Origin: Octopus sinensis
Lineage: Eukaryota
DNA length: 64,000 nucleotides
Assembly: GCF_006345805.1 (NCBI RefSeq)
Contig: NC_043014.1
Coordinates: 21,762,001 to 21,826,000, forward strand
Reading direction: 5' to 3'
Shown here: positions 12,549 through 26,093 of the stretch, piece by piece
How positions within the stretch are numbered: position 1 is the stretch's first letter
Layout: every line of letters starts with the position of its first letter
Program-made: the position numbers and the translations under genes
The notes under the pieces: model-generated
Told to the model about the DNA's origin: nothing
What the model saw: only the letters and a program-made list of their open reading frames with translations
Databases searched by the model: none

Positions 12549-13528
12549 TACATGTGTAGTACCCGTTGTTGATATTTTTCTGTAAACAAGAATTGTGTGT
12601 CAACACAGAGATATTCAACATGGTATAGGTTCAGTGCCCAATAATGCTATTTTCTCTATGTTAAGTTTAAATTCTGGTGTTTAAGTTATGTATTTGTCCA
12701 GTTTCATTTCTATCATTTCTAGGGAAACCCATTATCATGAGCATAGTTATGTTAACAATCCAACATTCTGGTTATCTCTATTTCCTGATTATTATATTTG
12801 GATAACTCCACCATTTCTTTTAAAGATACATCACTCTGTGCTGGAATTCATACAGCAATAAGGAAACTTTTTTCTGATAGTCTTTAACAATGTCTGGATG
12901 ATTTACCCTAACCTCCTCCCTACCACTATGAAATGGTTGTCACACAGAATTGGCCACTTTGTTATTCTCTGAAACTTGTTCTGGTCTATTTTGGTATCTC
13001 TTTTCCATTGGTTTTTCACAATGCTAGTTCCACTCTCACGTTAATTTCCCAAGCAGGCTGTTCCATTGATCAGATCAACTGGAACCCTTGTAGTAACTGA
13101 TGAAGTCCCAGTTATACTTACTATTTCAATTTCAAAAGTACTTTTGTTTGAAGATCTCTTTCCAGTCTAATTTCAGTTAATGTTACAATCATTGGCAGAA
13201 GGACAAGTTGTTGTTGTTGTTTAATCTCCACCACCACCTCCCAGTGAACACTGATAAAGTACACTTATGACCAAAGGAGTTCCAGCTGTGACCATCCAGT
13301 TAATTTAGGACTACACTATCTAATGTGCGCTTCCCTTATTTAAGATGGTGAATTGAAGGAGATCTGGTTGCTATTTTAACAGGTTTTGTTAATTGAATGA
13401 AATATTTGGACACAAAATCATCTTCAAAGACCAAGATGTCAGTCAAGCACAGGTTAGTCAGTCCTAAGAACCAGACAACCGCTTGCAGAAAGAAATGAAA
13501 TGGAAAAAAACAATGAAAGAATGCTTAC

Positions 13529-13701
13529 CTCAGCTTCCCAGATGAATATTCCAACATAGATGAAGACATAGACTGTCATGAATACAGCAACCTTGATGGA
13601 GCCTATTTGACTGATGTAACCCCTTGTAATGGTGAACCCTTTGCCAAGAAGAATCAACATCAACTGGAAAGTCATCACACTGACAGCTTGGCATATGTAG
13701 G
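13529..13701 (-). CDS. TMEM145: TMEM145-like coding exon, (A)YICQ...LMLILLGKGFTITRG...IWEAE (173 bp, phase 1-0)
   Basis: Acceptor ttcttttcag, donor gtaagc; LILLGKGFTxTR signature. Confidence 0.93.
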
Positions 13702-14189
13702 CTGAAAAGAATTTTTGTTTTATTTGGTAATGAGCCAACATATGTGTCAAATACTCTGAGGAATAATTCAGCTATAATGGAAAGATAAAGAGACAAGGAA
13801 ACTTTTCTATATGGATCCTTCATCAATTTCAATGATGAGGATTACAGTTGTTTGATGAACAAGGTAAGGATTTTTGAATGACAGACAGGCAGAGTTCATT
13901 TATGAGATTTCACACAATTTCCATCTATCCAGTTTCATACACAAGTCTTAAATTGACCTGAAGCCATAGAAGAAGACATTTGCCCACACTACTGCATCAT
14001 GAGATTAAACCCAGAGCCTCATGGTTGGTTTCAAAGCAAAATTCTCAACTATTCTACCATGTCTGCATCAAGAAACATTTGCAAACTGATGGAATCTTTG
14101 GGATATCAGAAAATATGTTTCTTTATGTAACAAATAACAATTAACTACTATCTTCATAGAAGTATGGCTTGAAGTCTTAATACTCATGC

Positions 14190-14580
14190 CACCACACTAA
14201 GGACAGTAATTCAATGCTTGTGATACACTAGAATGGTCACACAATGTGTATGAGACACACTGGCAGAGGACAGTAAAACAATGGTTGTGGTATACAATTG
14301 CAGAATGCTGAGACAGTGACACATGATTGCAAGATGTAACACACTAGGATCATAACAGAATGTGTGTAGAATAGAGAGACTATCAGATAACACTTGTGAC
14401 GTGCTGGGACAATAATAGAATGCTTATGGCAGGCTGGGATGGCAATACCTCATTGTTGATATGCTGGAACAATAACAGAATACACATAGCAGGGTGGGAG
14501 GATGCCACTGAATTGGTGAAATGTTGGGAGGCTAACGTTGTACTCATGGCACTCTGCAACAGCAATCCTGCACAATAACA
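14190..14580. repeat. Degenerate 30/60-bp tandem repeat
   Basis: TGG at 14405, 14435, 14465, 14495 and 14525; gctgg.acaataa.agaat at 14403 and 14463. Confidence 0.7.
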
Positions 14581-15429
14581 CAACTATTGAAATTACATAA
14601 CATTCAAGATTACAGAACACAATGTTAACACTTTTTTACCATGCTTCTGTTGAAACACCACTGCCTTTAATTTCAATTAATTTTGAAAATAATGAAGAAT
14701 TTAGTAAAATAAATCAAGCTGGTGTTTGGAATGTGAATTAACAAAATTTTAATGGAAGGTTTTAATTTAAATCACTTTAAATGGAGAATTTGTATTATAG
14801 AACTAGAGGTAGTGTCAGGTGAGTTGGTATTAAAAGAGTTGAAACCATGACACAGCAGCAAAATAATTTTATAAATACAACAGCAACAACAATATCATTT
14901 CTAATTTAGGAATAATGCCAGCAGTTTTAAGGAAAAGGAGCGAATCAATTAAATTAACCCTAGCATATATTCACAACAGCAATACCACTAGCTTATATCA
15001 TTAGCCACAGCTAAGGCCAATGAGGGTAACCAATACACAGTTGCTTGACCTACTGAAAAGTAACCAAATCTGCCTCAATTCACACCATTTCAAGCTAAAG
15101 GACAGGCATATTGGATTAATTAAGTCCTTAATTCATTATGCCTGAAAACAAGATGGTAAATTCATAGTCTCAACACAGCATGATAAAATGAAAAAAATTA
15201 CTTTAGCAAGAAGTAATTAGAGTGATTTTAGCTAATTTTAGGATGCTCTTTCTGAATACAAAGTCAATTTTGCTCCATCACAACTAGGTTTTGATCTACA
15301 AGATGACCAACTACATACCAAATGTAGTGTGTTTCTATTAGTCATTTAAGAATGCTTTGGATTGTGATAACCATTAATGAGAGAGGGCTCTAAAAGTAGA
15401 AATAACACATTAGGACATGACTTATTTTT

Positions 15430-17120
15430 AGAACACTTTGATTTAAATGCATGTTATTGTGACTTGTATCAAATTGGTAATTGCTCTGTACATTGTGGAG
15501 TGTTGTCTTTTATTTCTCTATTTTGCATTGCTTCAAGACATGTATGTTGCAATGACACAGATCATTTTTGCTACTTCTGTGGAGAATATGCATTCAAGAA
15601 CTAGGAGAAACATCACAGCACTCATACAAATAAGATACAAGGATTACTTCAAAGTGAAACTTGGAGACCAATATAAGTGTTTTGTTCCACATATTGTATA
15701 CAGTGCTTGACTTTCCTTATGGTCCAGTGGCAAGCTGAAGCAAATGCCATTTGCAACTCCAATGCAGTGGCAAGAATAAAGCAACCATTCTACTGATTGC
15801 TATTTTTTGCATTACAAATGCTGAGGGGTTCAATAAGAAAACTGCAAAGTATATCAAGCATGTCAGAAGACAGCCATATGAAGATGAAATTCTTCCTGTG
15901 CCAAGCAATCAACTACTGAGTGAATCAGACAATAATTCAAATAACAAAACTGGATGTGAGGACCTAGTGGATGACAAGAATTTTGAAATTCTTCATTCTT
16001 GCTCCAAAATAAGTCAAGAACAATTGGATAATTTTGTTTGAAAGTTGGGACTTTCCAAGAATGATATTTACTTGGCTGGAACAAAGCTCAGAGAATTTGG
16101 AGTCTTAGCTCAAGGAACCAAAATATCAGCATACATGTACTGAGAGTAGAAACTTATTGAATTTTTCAACACACATGATGAACTAGGTTTAGTTTATTGC
16201 AAGAACATTACCAGTTTGGTGATAGCACTGGAAATTTCTTATGATGTCAAGACAGATAGTGGTTATTCCTTGACGGCAGTGTTCCCACCTTAAAGGCAGT
16301 CCGCTTGCATGGTGGAAATGGATACCCAGGTATTCTAGTGGGTTATTCAAGAAAGGTTAAATAGTCACATAACACTATCAATGTGTTACTTTCCTTGATC
16401 AGGTATGGGGATTTCAAGTGGAAAGCTGAATTTGAAGATAGTAGTGTTTTTTTTTAAAACTGGAATACAGAAGGGTTACACAAAGTTTTGCTATTTCTTG
16501 TGATTGTGGGACAGCTGGGCTCAAAACGAGCCCTACAGTTGGCAGGATTGACCAGTTTGTCATGAATAGAGACCAGGGAATAAAATATATTCAATACATA
16601 CCACTACTTTCACCTGAGCTAATTGTGTTACTATCACTACATATCAAAACTTGGAATCTTCAAATATTTTGCAAAGTCCCTGGACCCCGAGAAGCAACCA
16701 ATCAAGTTGCTGAAAGATTAGAGAAGGTGTGTTGAAATTCAATGAACAAAGCTGAATGACAAGCTTATGATGCTATGTTAAAGAGAGTTGAAAACTTTCT
16801 AGGAAAGAACCACAGCCTGAATTACAAGGCAATCCTAGCTGATCTTCGAGACTTATTTGATGCACAGAGTGTCAAAATGTACTTGAAGATTCACTATCGA
16901 AAGAGTCACTTAGATTTCTTTTGTTTGGAAAGTTTTTTTTAGTGTGTATTGTTATTTTAACAGTGATTAATTATAGTTTAGTACATTAATTACATGCAAT
17001 ATCACAAGATTAGACATTTTCTTCTGTAAATGTAGTATATGTGAGATATCTTATAGATAAAAGTGTAGACACGAAAGAGCAAAATGAATTTCATATTCCA
17101 TAAAGAGCACTCTAAACTTA
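15430..17120 (+). mobile_element. Decayed DNA transposon transposase, Chapaev3-like (CMC superfamily)
   Basis: Fragments CCNDTDHFCYFCGEY, YKDYFKVKLGDQYKCFVPHIV, MPFATPMQW, HIKLGI and VENFLGK...LKIHYRKSHLDF. Superfamily assigned from recalled motifs. Confidence 0.65.
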
Positions 17121-18582
17121 ATTAATATCATGGGCTAGAAGAGGCCTCGTGTCAGGCCCCACACCAGATGGCTGAACGTGATTGGGGAAGATCTCCAGAG
17201 GCTCAATGTCACCATGGAGGATATATAGAGGGGCTAACATGGGACTGCCAGCAATGGACAGCACTGAGGACCTGGTCAGCTCTATGCATGATGACATCTC
17301 TAGGAGCACTAACTTGGGATGACCCCAGCCTCAAGAGCATGAAGCAAGCAAACAAGAAGCACCTTAAATAATGTTTGCTAAAACATTAGTGTCACGAAGT
17401 GTAATTTAGTCTGTTCAATCGGGGCTGCTCTGGAACTAAACGCCACCACCATAGAACACCATTTCAAAAATGCCATCCATCCTACTCAGTCCAGACAAAC
17501 ACAAAAATGACAACAAACGCAACAGAGGAATGGTCACAACTAGAGACTGTCAACATTCTATAAATTGTTATTTCCAGGAAATTGAGATTATCAAACAAAT
17601 AATTCCCAGGCTCCCAGGGAGAGATACCATTTTTTTTTCTCAAAGATTTGGACACTAGAAACCAAGAATCATGAACATTAAAAATTATTCCGTTAAAAAA
17701 AAATTATAGAAAAAAATAAGAATTTATGAAATAGAAAAAGAAAAAAAATATCCTTAATTCTATTAATGCTTCCAATTTAATGAGATTGATAGGGCCATGA
17801 AAGCAAAAAAAAAAAAATACATTAGTTTTATCAGCCATACTTTTCTATACTGGCTTAGGTCATATTAGAAGAGGGTATTAACTTTGGAGTTTTCATTCTT
17901 CTAAATTGATTGCTTTCACTGCAGCTAAGGAGCTCAATCTACCCATATAAAAATCTATTTAACTAATAGATGGGACCCTGACAGAAACTACTGTTCTGGG
18001 TCAGAACAGACCTGGGAGTAATGGTAATTAAGGAGTAACTTCATGCTCCCCACAACTCCAGAAGTTCCAAACTGAAGCCTCACCATCAGATGCAATTTAA
18101 TGTCTTACCCAGGTCTACATCAGAATCTAGACTGCAAAATAGGTTGTTTTCTGGAAGACCAGCGGTTGCCCAAGCATACCAGCCTCCCCTCTTCATGTCA
18201 CTGATGTTATTCAAGGGAAAGGCAAAAATTGATACAGCTTGGCACCAGTGATGTCACAACTCATTTCTAGAGCTGAGTGAACGAGAGCAACATGAAATAC
18301 AGTGTCTTGCTCAAGAACACAACCCACAGCCTGCACCAGGAATTAAACTTAAAAAACTTGTGATTTTGATGCTCTAACCACTGAGCCATGCCTCTTCACT
18401 CCCATCCTACATACACTATACATAAACCTGTGCATGTCGAACAGCATGCTATAGTCCTTAGCAGACACACTATTATGTACATACAATAGAAGACACATAC
18501 ACTCTAAGACACAGACAGAAACACACACACACACACAAAGAATTATACATGTCCAAAAGAGGTAAGTTTGAGTGATTCTTAC

Positions 18583-18732
18583 CCAATATTTTATACTCTC
18601 TTTTCTCAATGCCAGTCTCTGCGTACTTGCCATAATGTATACAGATGAAAAATAGGAAGCCAATATACATCATTATAGAGAAGATGAACATCTTGTAAGT
18701 GGAGTGGTAGAGCTGACGGTTACGGAGGATTA
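18583..18732 (-). CDS. TMEM145: TMEM145-like coding exon, (I)ILRNRQLYHSTYKMF...YGKYAETGIEKREYKIL (150 bp, phase 1-1)
   Basis: Acceptor gtgtttcag, donor gtaaga; RQLxHxTYKMF motif. Confidence 0.92.
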
Positions 18733-19197
18733 CTGAAACACACAAACAAAACAATATTTCACAATTATTATTATCATTATTATTACTATTATTATTATTA
18801 TTACTTTTACTTATCATTATGTCTAATCCTCCACCCCATTTTTATGTAATACTGTTTTGTTTAATAGAAAACTACTATTTTTACATCTCACAACGTGACT
18901 AGCTGTTACTTTGAAAACTATATATTTCGAATGGGAATTTAGTAGTGCCACCTCTAGCCGAACAATTATTCTGCGCTGAAGGGAAAATAACCCAGAAATC
19001 GTGATACACAGATATTGTTTTGAGCTGAGTGGGGGTACTAGATTCCCTTGTTCGAAAATATAAGGACACAGATCGAGTCATATAGCCAGCTGGAGACAAT
19101 GTCTCCTGGGGCTAAATTACAGCAACATTAGTCCTAAACCAGGACTGCCATGTTATGTTGGCAAACAATCTTTACTGTTTTGTTTATATTCACATAT

Positions 19198-19495
19198 AGG
19201 CAAAGATGTGGTTGTGTGGTAAGAAGCTTGCTTCCCAACCACATGGTTCCAGGTTCAGTCCCATTGTGTGGCACCTTGGGAAAGTGTTTTCTACTATAGT
19301 CTCAGGCTAACCAAAGCCGTGTGAGTGGAGTTGATAGACAGAAACTGAAAGAAGCCAGTCTGTGTGTGTATCTGTGTATGTCTTTCTGTCTATATTTATC
19401 CCCCACCACTGCTTGACAACCAGTGTTGGTGTGTTTACATCCACATAACTTAGCAATTTGGCAAAAAAGAACAATAGAATAAGTACCAGGCTTCA
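19198..19495 (+). mobile_element. tRNA-derived SINE, family A
   Basis: Homologous to 3903-4270. Confidence 0.8.
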
Positions 19496-19624
19496 GCTAC
19501 ACCACAAACATTAGATCAGTGCTTCCCAGCCTATTTTCCCCTAGGCCCCACTATAACTTTCCTGAAAAATTTATGCCCCACCAGTGGTTGGAAAAAAACA
19601 ACTTTATTTTTAACATTTTATCAC

Positions 19625-19840
19625 AAGAGGCAGCAAGCAGACAGAATCATTAGCATGCTGGGCAAAATGCTTAGCAGTATTTTGTCCATCATTACATTCT
19701 GAGTTCAAATTCCACTGTGGTCAATTCCACCTTTCATACTTCAAGGGTCACTAAAACAAACGTACCAGTTGAGCACTAGGATCAATGGAATTGACTTACC
19801 CACTCCCCTGAAATTATTGGCCTCATGTCAAAATCTAAAG
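19625..19840 (+). mobile_element. SINE, family C (…ttctgagttcaaattcc…taagtaccag…)
   Basis: B-box-like gagttcaaattcc. Homologous copies at about 20622-20830 (+), 29300-29410 (+) and 6400-6600 (-). Confidence 0.7.
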
Positions 19841-20840
19841 CTAATATTTTATCAATTATCTAACACAAAAGAATCTACTGGTAACTCCTTTACGGAGTAC
19901 AAAAAAAAAATGAATACATTATTGACTAAGAAAGAAAAAGTGAATCACTTTAATGAGAATCTTGTCCCTGGCGAATACAGCAGATTTCCTTGATTCGAGA
20001 TAACAATTTTGTTAGCTTCAATCATGGCATTAGAATAGCACTATACTGTAGCAAACAGCCTTCATACAGTATACTTGGCAGTAGGGTTTGGTTTGGCTAG
20101 GCTGGGTAACAGGTGTAGTATGTTTGCTGTAGAAGAAAGATTTTCACAATTCCATGTCCCACCAAAAAAAAAAAGAAGAAAAGTTTTGGATTCCATGCCA
20201 TGCCACAATTTTCCCAGGTCCCACTCAAATAAAAAGCAGGCATGGTCAATAAGTATATAATACAATAAAGTATATAATATTGTCTACCCTGGTGTGATGT
20301 CAGTTTGTAGAAGAAACTTTACACCCATAAAAAAGACTATCCTCTTTAACCTTTTATCTTTTACTTGTTTCAGACTACGGCCATGCTGGGGCACTGCCTG
20401 GAAGAATTTTAATCAAACAAATCACCCCCAGTACTTAATTTTTCAAGCCTGGTACTTATTCTATAGGTCTCTTTTGCCAAACCGCTATGTTACAGGGATA
20501 TAAACATACCAAATGCAGTTGTCAAAGGGTGGTGGCAACAAAGACAAACACATTCACTCTCACATACACACACAGAGATTTTTCACTATTATTATTACTA
20601 TTATTATTATTATTATTATGGTGGTGGTGAGCTGGTAGAATCATTAGCATACCAGGCAAAATGCTTAGTAATATTTCGCCTGTTTGCATGTTCTGAGTTC
20701 AAATTCCCCTGCGGTTGACTTTGCCTTTTGTCCTTTTGGGGTCAATAAATTAAGTACCAGTCAAAGACTGGGGTTAATGTAATCGACTAGTCCACTCCCC
20801 CAAAATTTCAGGCCTTGTGCCTTTAGTAGAAAGCATTATA

Positions 20841-21003
20841 ATTACCTCCACCTTAGCGAAGGCGGAGGTAATGTTTACAGTTGTGTTTGTTTATTTGCTT
20901 GTCCATGGACACGATATCTCAAGAACCGCTGGATGGATTCGGATGAAACTTTCAGGGATGTTTGGCCTCATGACTGGCATGAACTGATTAGATTTTGGGA
21001 TCT
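20841..21003 (+). mobile_element. Non-autonomous Helentron-type (HINE-like) element fragment with terminal hairpin
   Basis: attacctccacctt-agcg-aaggcggaggtaat forms a 14-bp stem with one mismatch, followed by the typical gtttgtttatttgcttgtcc...gatatctc segment. Confidence 0.6.
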
Positions 21004-21125
21004 CAGAGTGGCTGTTCAGAGCATCTCCCTTACCATCCTCAGGGCAGCACGTTTTCCATTTTGCCTGCTGAAACCATGAGACAGTCTGATTCCTACCTGC
21101 ATAAATGTGTGGTCCTGTGAAGATG

Positions 21126-21245
21126 CAGGCATGGCTCTGTGATAAGAAGTTTGTTTCCCAACTACATGGTTCTGGGTTCAGTCCCACTACATAGCACTTC
21201 GGACAAGTGCCTTCGGCTATAGCCTGGGACCAACCAAAACCTTAT
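21126..21245 (+). mobile_element. tRNA-derived SINE, family A head
   Basis: Homologous to 3903-4075. Confidence 0.75.
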
Positions 21246-21360
21246 GACTTTAATGGAAAGTTGCTGCATATAAATTGCTCTGTTAAATTCTCATTTCTGA
21301 TGCATTGCTCAAGAAAAATAAACTATCTTACATTAAATAGTGTGAGTTGAAGAGACTTAC

Positions 21361-21432
21361 TAGAAAAGACAACAGCAACACAGGCCAAGATGACAAAGAA
21401 GATCAGAAATGCTATATCCACTTCTAGAATAG
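21361..21432 (-). CDS. TMEM145: TMEM145-like coding exon, (T)ILEVDIAFLIFFVILACVAVVFS, first TM helix (72 bp, phase 1-1)
   Basis: Acceptor tatttctag, donor gtaagt; ILExDxxFL motif. Confidence 0.88.
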
Positions 21433-22286
21433 CTAGAAATAGAAATAAAAATAGGTTAATAAACTACTCGTACTGACCATATACATACTTCTTAACCACA
21501 CATTGACTACACACACAGTTCTATTCACACTGTGCACAAGTCAGTCTGACAGATACATATATGCACATACTAACCACAGAGTTCACATGTTGGTCATACA
21601 CTGATTACATTCCACACATACTGACTTTCCCATATATATTACTGCAATGAAGAAGCCTATAAGTCGTCAGCATACCTGACAGTCATAACAATCAAATCTT
21701 CCTCAAATTTCAAACTTACAATCTTAAGAAAGGAAAGGATGCATTGGATAATTAAGCCTCAAACACATCACAAAAACCAGAAAAAGGAATGGTCTAAGCT
21801 GGAAGGTCATTAACCATAGGCCTAACCAGTGCTGACCTGATGCTAAAAATGAATAACACACTAACTGCAGAGTTCACATTGATTGTAATTTTCAAACACT
21901 GATGTCACACACACAGAGTTCATTTACTGACCATAGAGCTCTTAATACACACACCCACCCACATACCATACATCACACACACACTCCAGCCATAGTTTAA
22001 ACATACACATCATCTACACTACACACACATGCCAACATTGAACACACATACTCACTCACACACACATTCATATCCACATTAACCACACACACACACAATC
22101 AACTACATACACATTAAGCACATGCATCCACTGCACTGTACACACACTAACCACACATTATGCATACATGCGTCAACCACACAGTACACATACACACACA
22201 TGCAGGCATGTACACATACATACACACAATGTACGCAAACATATCACACAATAAACACACCTTAACAGAAAAGTAAGAGATCTTAC

Positions 22287-22371
22287 TAAATTGGTCAGCA
22301 GACAGTTCCCTGTGGAAATAATCCCCAAGATTACCATTGGTCAGGTGTAGGTAGTAGGTGAGATTGATACC
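22287..22371 (-). CDS. TMEM145: TMEM145-like coding exon, GINLTYYLHLTNGNLGDYFHRELSADQF (85 bp, phase 0-1)
   Basis: Acceptor ccttattacag, donor gtaaga; LTNG...SADxF motif. Confidence 0.9.
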
Positions 22372-22984
22372 CTGTAATAAGGAGAGAAAAGCCACAAATT
22401 TACAGTCAGGTTATTGGATAATGTATATGATACTGAAGGAAGTACCATAGAGGTAAAAATGTAGTAACACAGCAGTGTTGGTGTAGGTAACGTGTAAATA
22501 TTAACACAATGGTATGAGTTTAAGAAGTACAAATAGCTGTAGCAGAAACATTCAGCAATCACCTGATGACATAATTCACTGAATATTGCCCACATGAACA
22601 ATAAAATCTGACAAATCACAACTTCGGGTGGAATAGGCTTCACCTGTGGCAGCTTGTAGATTAAATTAGTGAGAGTGCTGCTTCAGGAAATTTTTAGCCA
22701 TTGTTTTAAAATTGTGTGAAAGGAAACAAACATATAAAAAGAATATTTATACATAAACTTGATCAGTTCATGTTTTAGCCACTGCAAGGTAGAGTGTTTA
22801 ATTTGTTCACTGAACACTGCTGTGAATTCCCCCTTGTTTTTCAACTGCCCCACCCCCTCCCAATCACAAAAGGGTTAGAAATCTGCATTATTTTTCAAAT
22901 TCTGGCAGCAACACTGAAGCTGGAAGCAGGATAATAATCTAATTCTACACTTTATCACGTTCAAGAATATAAACATGTTTTGAA

Positions 22985-24811
22985 GCACAAGCTGCAGGAG
23001 AAATACCTAGCCAAAGATAAGCTCCTGTACCTGGCTCTTGTTGACATGGAGAAAGCCTTCGACAGGGTCCCCCGATCCCTTATCTGGTGGTCAATGAGGA
23101 AACTAGGGATAGATGAATGGTTAGTGAGAGCTGTGTGAGCTATGTACAGGGATGCTGCTAGTAAGGTGAGGGTTGGCAACGATTACAGTGAAGAATTCCG
23201 GGTAGAGGTTGGGGTCCACCAAGGTTCAGTCCTCAGTCCCCTCCTATTTATCATAGTCCTCCAGGCAATAACGTAGGAATTCAAGACAGGATGCCCCTGG
23301 GAGCTCCTCTATGCTGATGACCTTGCTCTAACTGCTGAGTCATTATCAGAACTGGAGGAGAAGTTTCAGGTGTGGAAGCAAGGATTAGAATCGAAGGGCC
23401 TTAGAGTCAACATAGCCAAAACCAAAGTCCTAATAAGTAGGAAGGTAGATAAATCACAAACGCCTTCAGGTAGATGGCCCTGCTCGATCTGTAGAAAAGG
23501 TGTAGGTAGAAACTCTATAAGATGCACCAAGTGTAAGCTATGGACACATAAGAGGTGCAGCAATGTCAAAGGAAGGCTAACTAGGAAAATAGTCTTTGTT
23601 TGTGGCAGATGCTCAGGAGCAATAAACACTGAAAATGTGCAGAAACCAACTTCCACCACATTCCAGGGAGAAAAACCAGAAGTAGTTGATAGCTTCCGTT
23701 ACCTAAGTGACCAAGTCAGTAGCGGGGGTGGGGGTGCTGAAAGTGTAACTGCTAGAGTAAGAATAGCCTGGGCAAAGTTCAGAGAGCTCTTACCCCTGCT
23801 GGTGACAAAAGGCCTCTCGCTCAGAGTAAAAGGCAGACTGTATGATGCATGTGCACGAACAGCCATGCTACATGGTAGTGAAACATGGGCCGTGACTGCT
23901 GAGGATATGTGTAAGCTCGCAAGAAATGAAGCCAGTATGCTCTGACAGATGTGTAATGTCAGTGTTCATACTCGACAGAGTGTAAGTACCTTGAGAGAAA
24001 AGTTGGACCTAAGAAGCATCAGTTGTGGTGTGCAAGACAGACATTTGCACTGGTATGGTCATGTGACAAGAATGGCTGAAGATAGTTGTGTGAAAAAGTG
24101 CCACACCCTAGCAGTTGAGGGGAACCTGTGGAAGAGGTAGTCCCAGGAAAACCTGGGACGAGGTGGTGAAGCACGACCTTCGAACTTTAGGTCTCAGCAA
24201 GGAAATGACTAGAGACTGAGACCTATGGAAGTATGCTGTGCGTGAGAAGACCCGGCAGGACAAGTGAGACCACAACCCATGGCCTCTACCTGGGATGTAG
24301 CCAGTCGACTTATGCATACCTTTCCTTCTTGGGACACAAAACTCCACTTGTGAAGACCTGTTGAGGCAAGTGGAAATCAGACCCAAAATCGAAGTCGATC
24401 AACATCAATGGAAATTGCAGCTGTGATACCAGTGCCGGTGGCACGTAAGCGAACCAGCCATTCGTGGCCATTGCCAGCACCGCCCCGACTGGCCTCTGTG
24501 CCAGTGGCACGTAATAAGTACCATCCGATCGTGGCCGTTGCCAGCCTAGCCTGGCCCCTGTGCCAGTGGCACGTAAAAAGCACCATCCGACTGTGGCCGT
24601 TTGCCAGCCCCGACTGGCACCTGTGCCAGTGGCACGTAAAAAGCACCCACTACACTCACGGAGTGGTTGGCGTTAGGAAGGGCATCCAGTGGTAGAAACA
24701 TTGCCAGATCAGACTGGGCCTGGTGCAGCCTTCCGGCTTCCCAGACCCCAGTTGAACCGTCCAACACTAGCATGGAAAGCGGACACTAAATGATGATGAT
24801 GATGATGATGA
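22985..24811 (+). mobile_element. 5'-truncated RTE-clade LINE (RT domain with in-frame stops, PHD finger, repetitive 3' UTR, (GAT)n tail)
   Basis: DMEKAFDRVPR, GVHQGSVLSPLLF, LLYADD at 23310, ORF 23370..23945; ~40-60-bp repeats ccagtggcacgtaaaaagcacc in the 3' UTR. Confidence 0.93.
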
Positions 24812-25017
24812 ACACATGCAGAGTCAAAAAGAAACAATACCTTTCACTGGTACTGCATGAACAAGTGCTCTCTCTCCCTAGCATGAAGCTTCCTTTCTTG
24901 GACATGTGAGCATGTGCACAACAGCCAAATACCACGTCGCTTGAACTGTGAAGAACACAGTTCTATACAAGTTTTTTGTATTTTTTTCATAAACTAGGGG
25001 ATGGCTACTGACATTAA

Positions 25018-26093
25018 CCCTTTCGTTACTATATTTCTGACCAAAATACAGCCCTTATGTGTTTCAATTAATTTCTAACGTAATCATAAATTTAGTCTGG
25101 TTTCATTAAACAACTATAACTTTTTTATTTATCAATATGTTAACATGAATTTTGGAAGATAATTTAATGAAATGTTCTCAACCAATTCTATACTATAATT
25201 TTTGTCACAAAGTGACTCTAATTGCAGGTAGATACAGGTAAATTCAACAAAATATAAAATTATTAAAATTTTGTTCGAACATCGCTATAGAAAATTGGTT
25301 ATTAGCTAATATTCAATTGGGTATACAACAAAATTTTACGATAGAATTTATTATTCTGGGTAACTTTCTGATACCCATAATAATATTTATAGCAAAATAG
25401 TCTTAATTTCATTTAAGGTTGTGGGAAACCACAAAGTATCCTTTCTTTCGTTTTGTTTACATTTAGCGTAACGGTTCATTTCCGCCGTAATGATTTCAAA
25501 TAGACTCATTCGAAAAAGGAAAAAGAAATAGTCTAAGGCTTTACTCTTCTGGGAAAGTCTGTGGCTTGGTCCAGTTTCTTCAGAAAAATCACCGAAAGAA
25601 ACAGTTTTTAAATTTTCACTCCATTCAGGTGCCAATTCATTTTCTTTATCACTGTCGGAGCTCTCGGATTCACTGTTTTCACTTTCGGAAAATGAGACAT
25701 CAGATTCATTATCAAATACCACATGCTTTTTTTTTTCAGTCATAGAGTTAGATTTATGAAGGTATTCAGTAGAAAATCCTTCGAATTCTGACTTGCTGCT
25801 TGATATAATGAAATTCGTATCCATTTTTTGTCAGAATTACAAATTTTGAAAACACAATAGGAACAAATTTCGGAAAAAAATCTTCCAAAATTCACGGAAT
25901 TAAAATTACACTTTGATTGTTGTACAAAACTGTAGTTGAACTCTTTACGAAGTATAATACGTGTTTTCACGAATGTACTAAAGAGATTTGCTCTGATATT
26001 CTCATTTAAATATGAATAGGTAAATTCGGGCGGTTTTGGGCGACTTGGTCACATTAACCAAAATTTTTTTCGGGCGGTTTGGTAACAAAAGGG
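25018..26093 (-). mobile_element. Internally deleted piggyBac element with TTAA target duplication
   Basis: TTAA at 25014-25017 and 26094-26097; 12-bp TIR ccctttcgttac/gtaacaaaaggg; acidic N-terminal transposase fragment ...DYFFFLF...MNRYA...W.PTT.NEIK (ORF 25387..25824). Confidence 0.9.
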
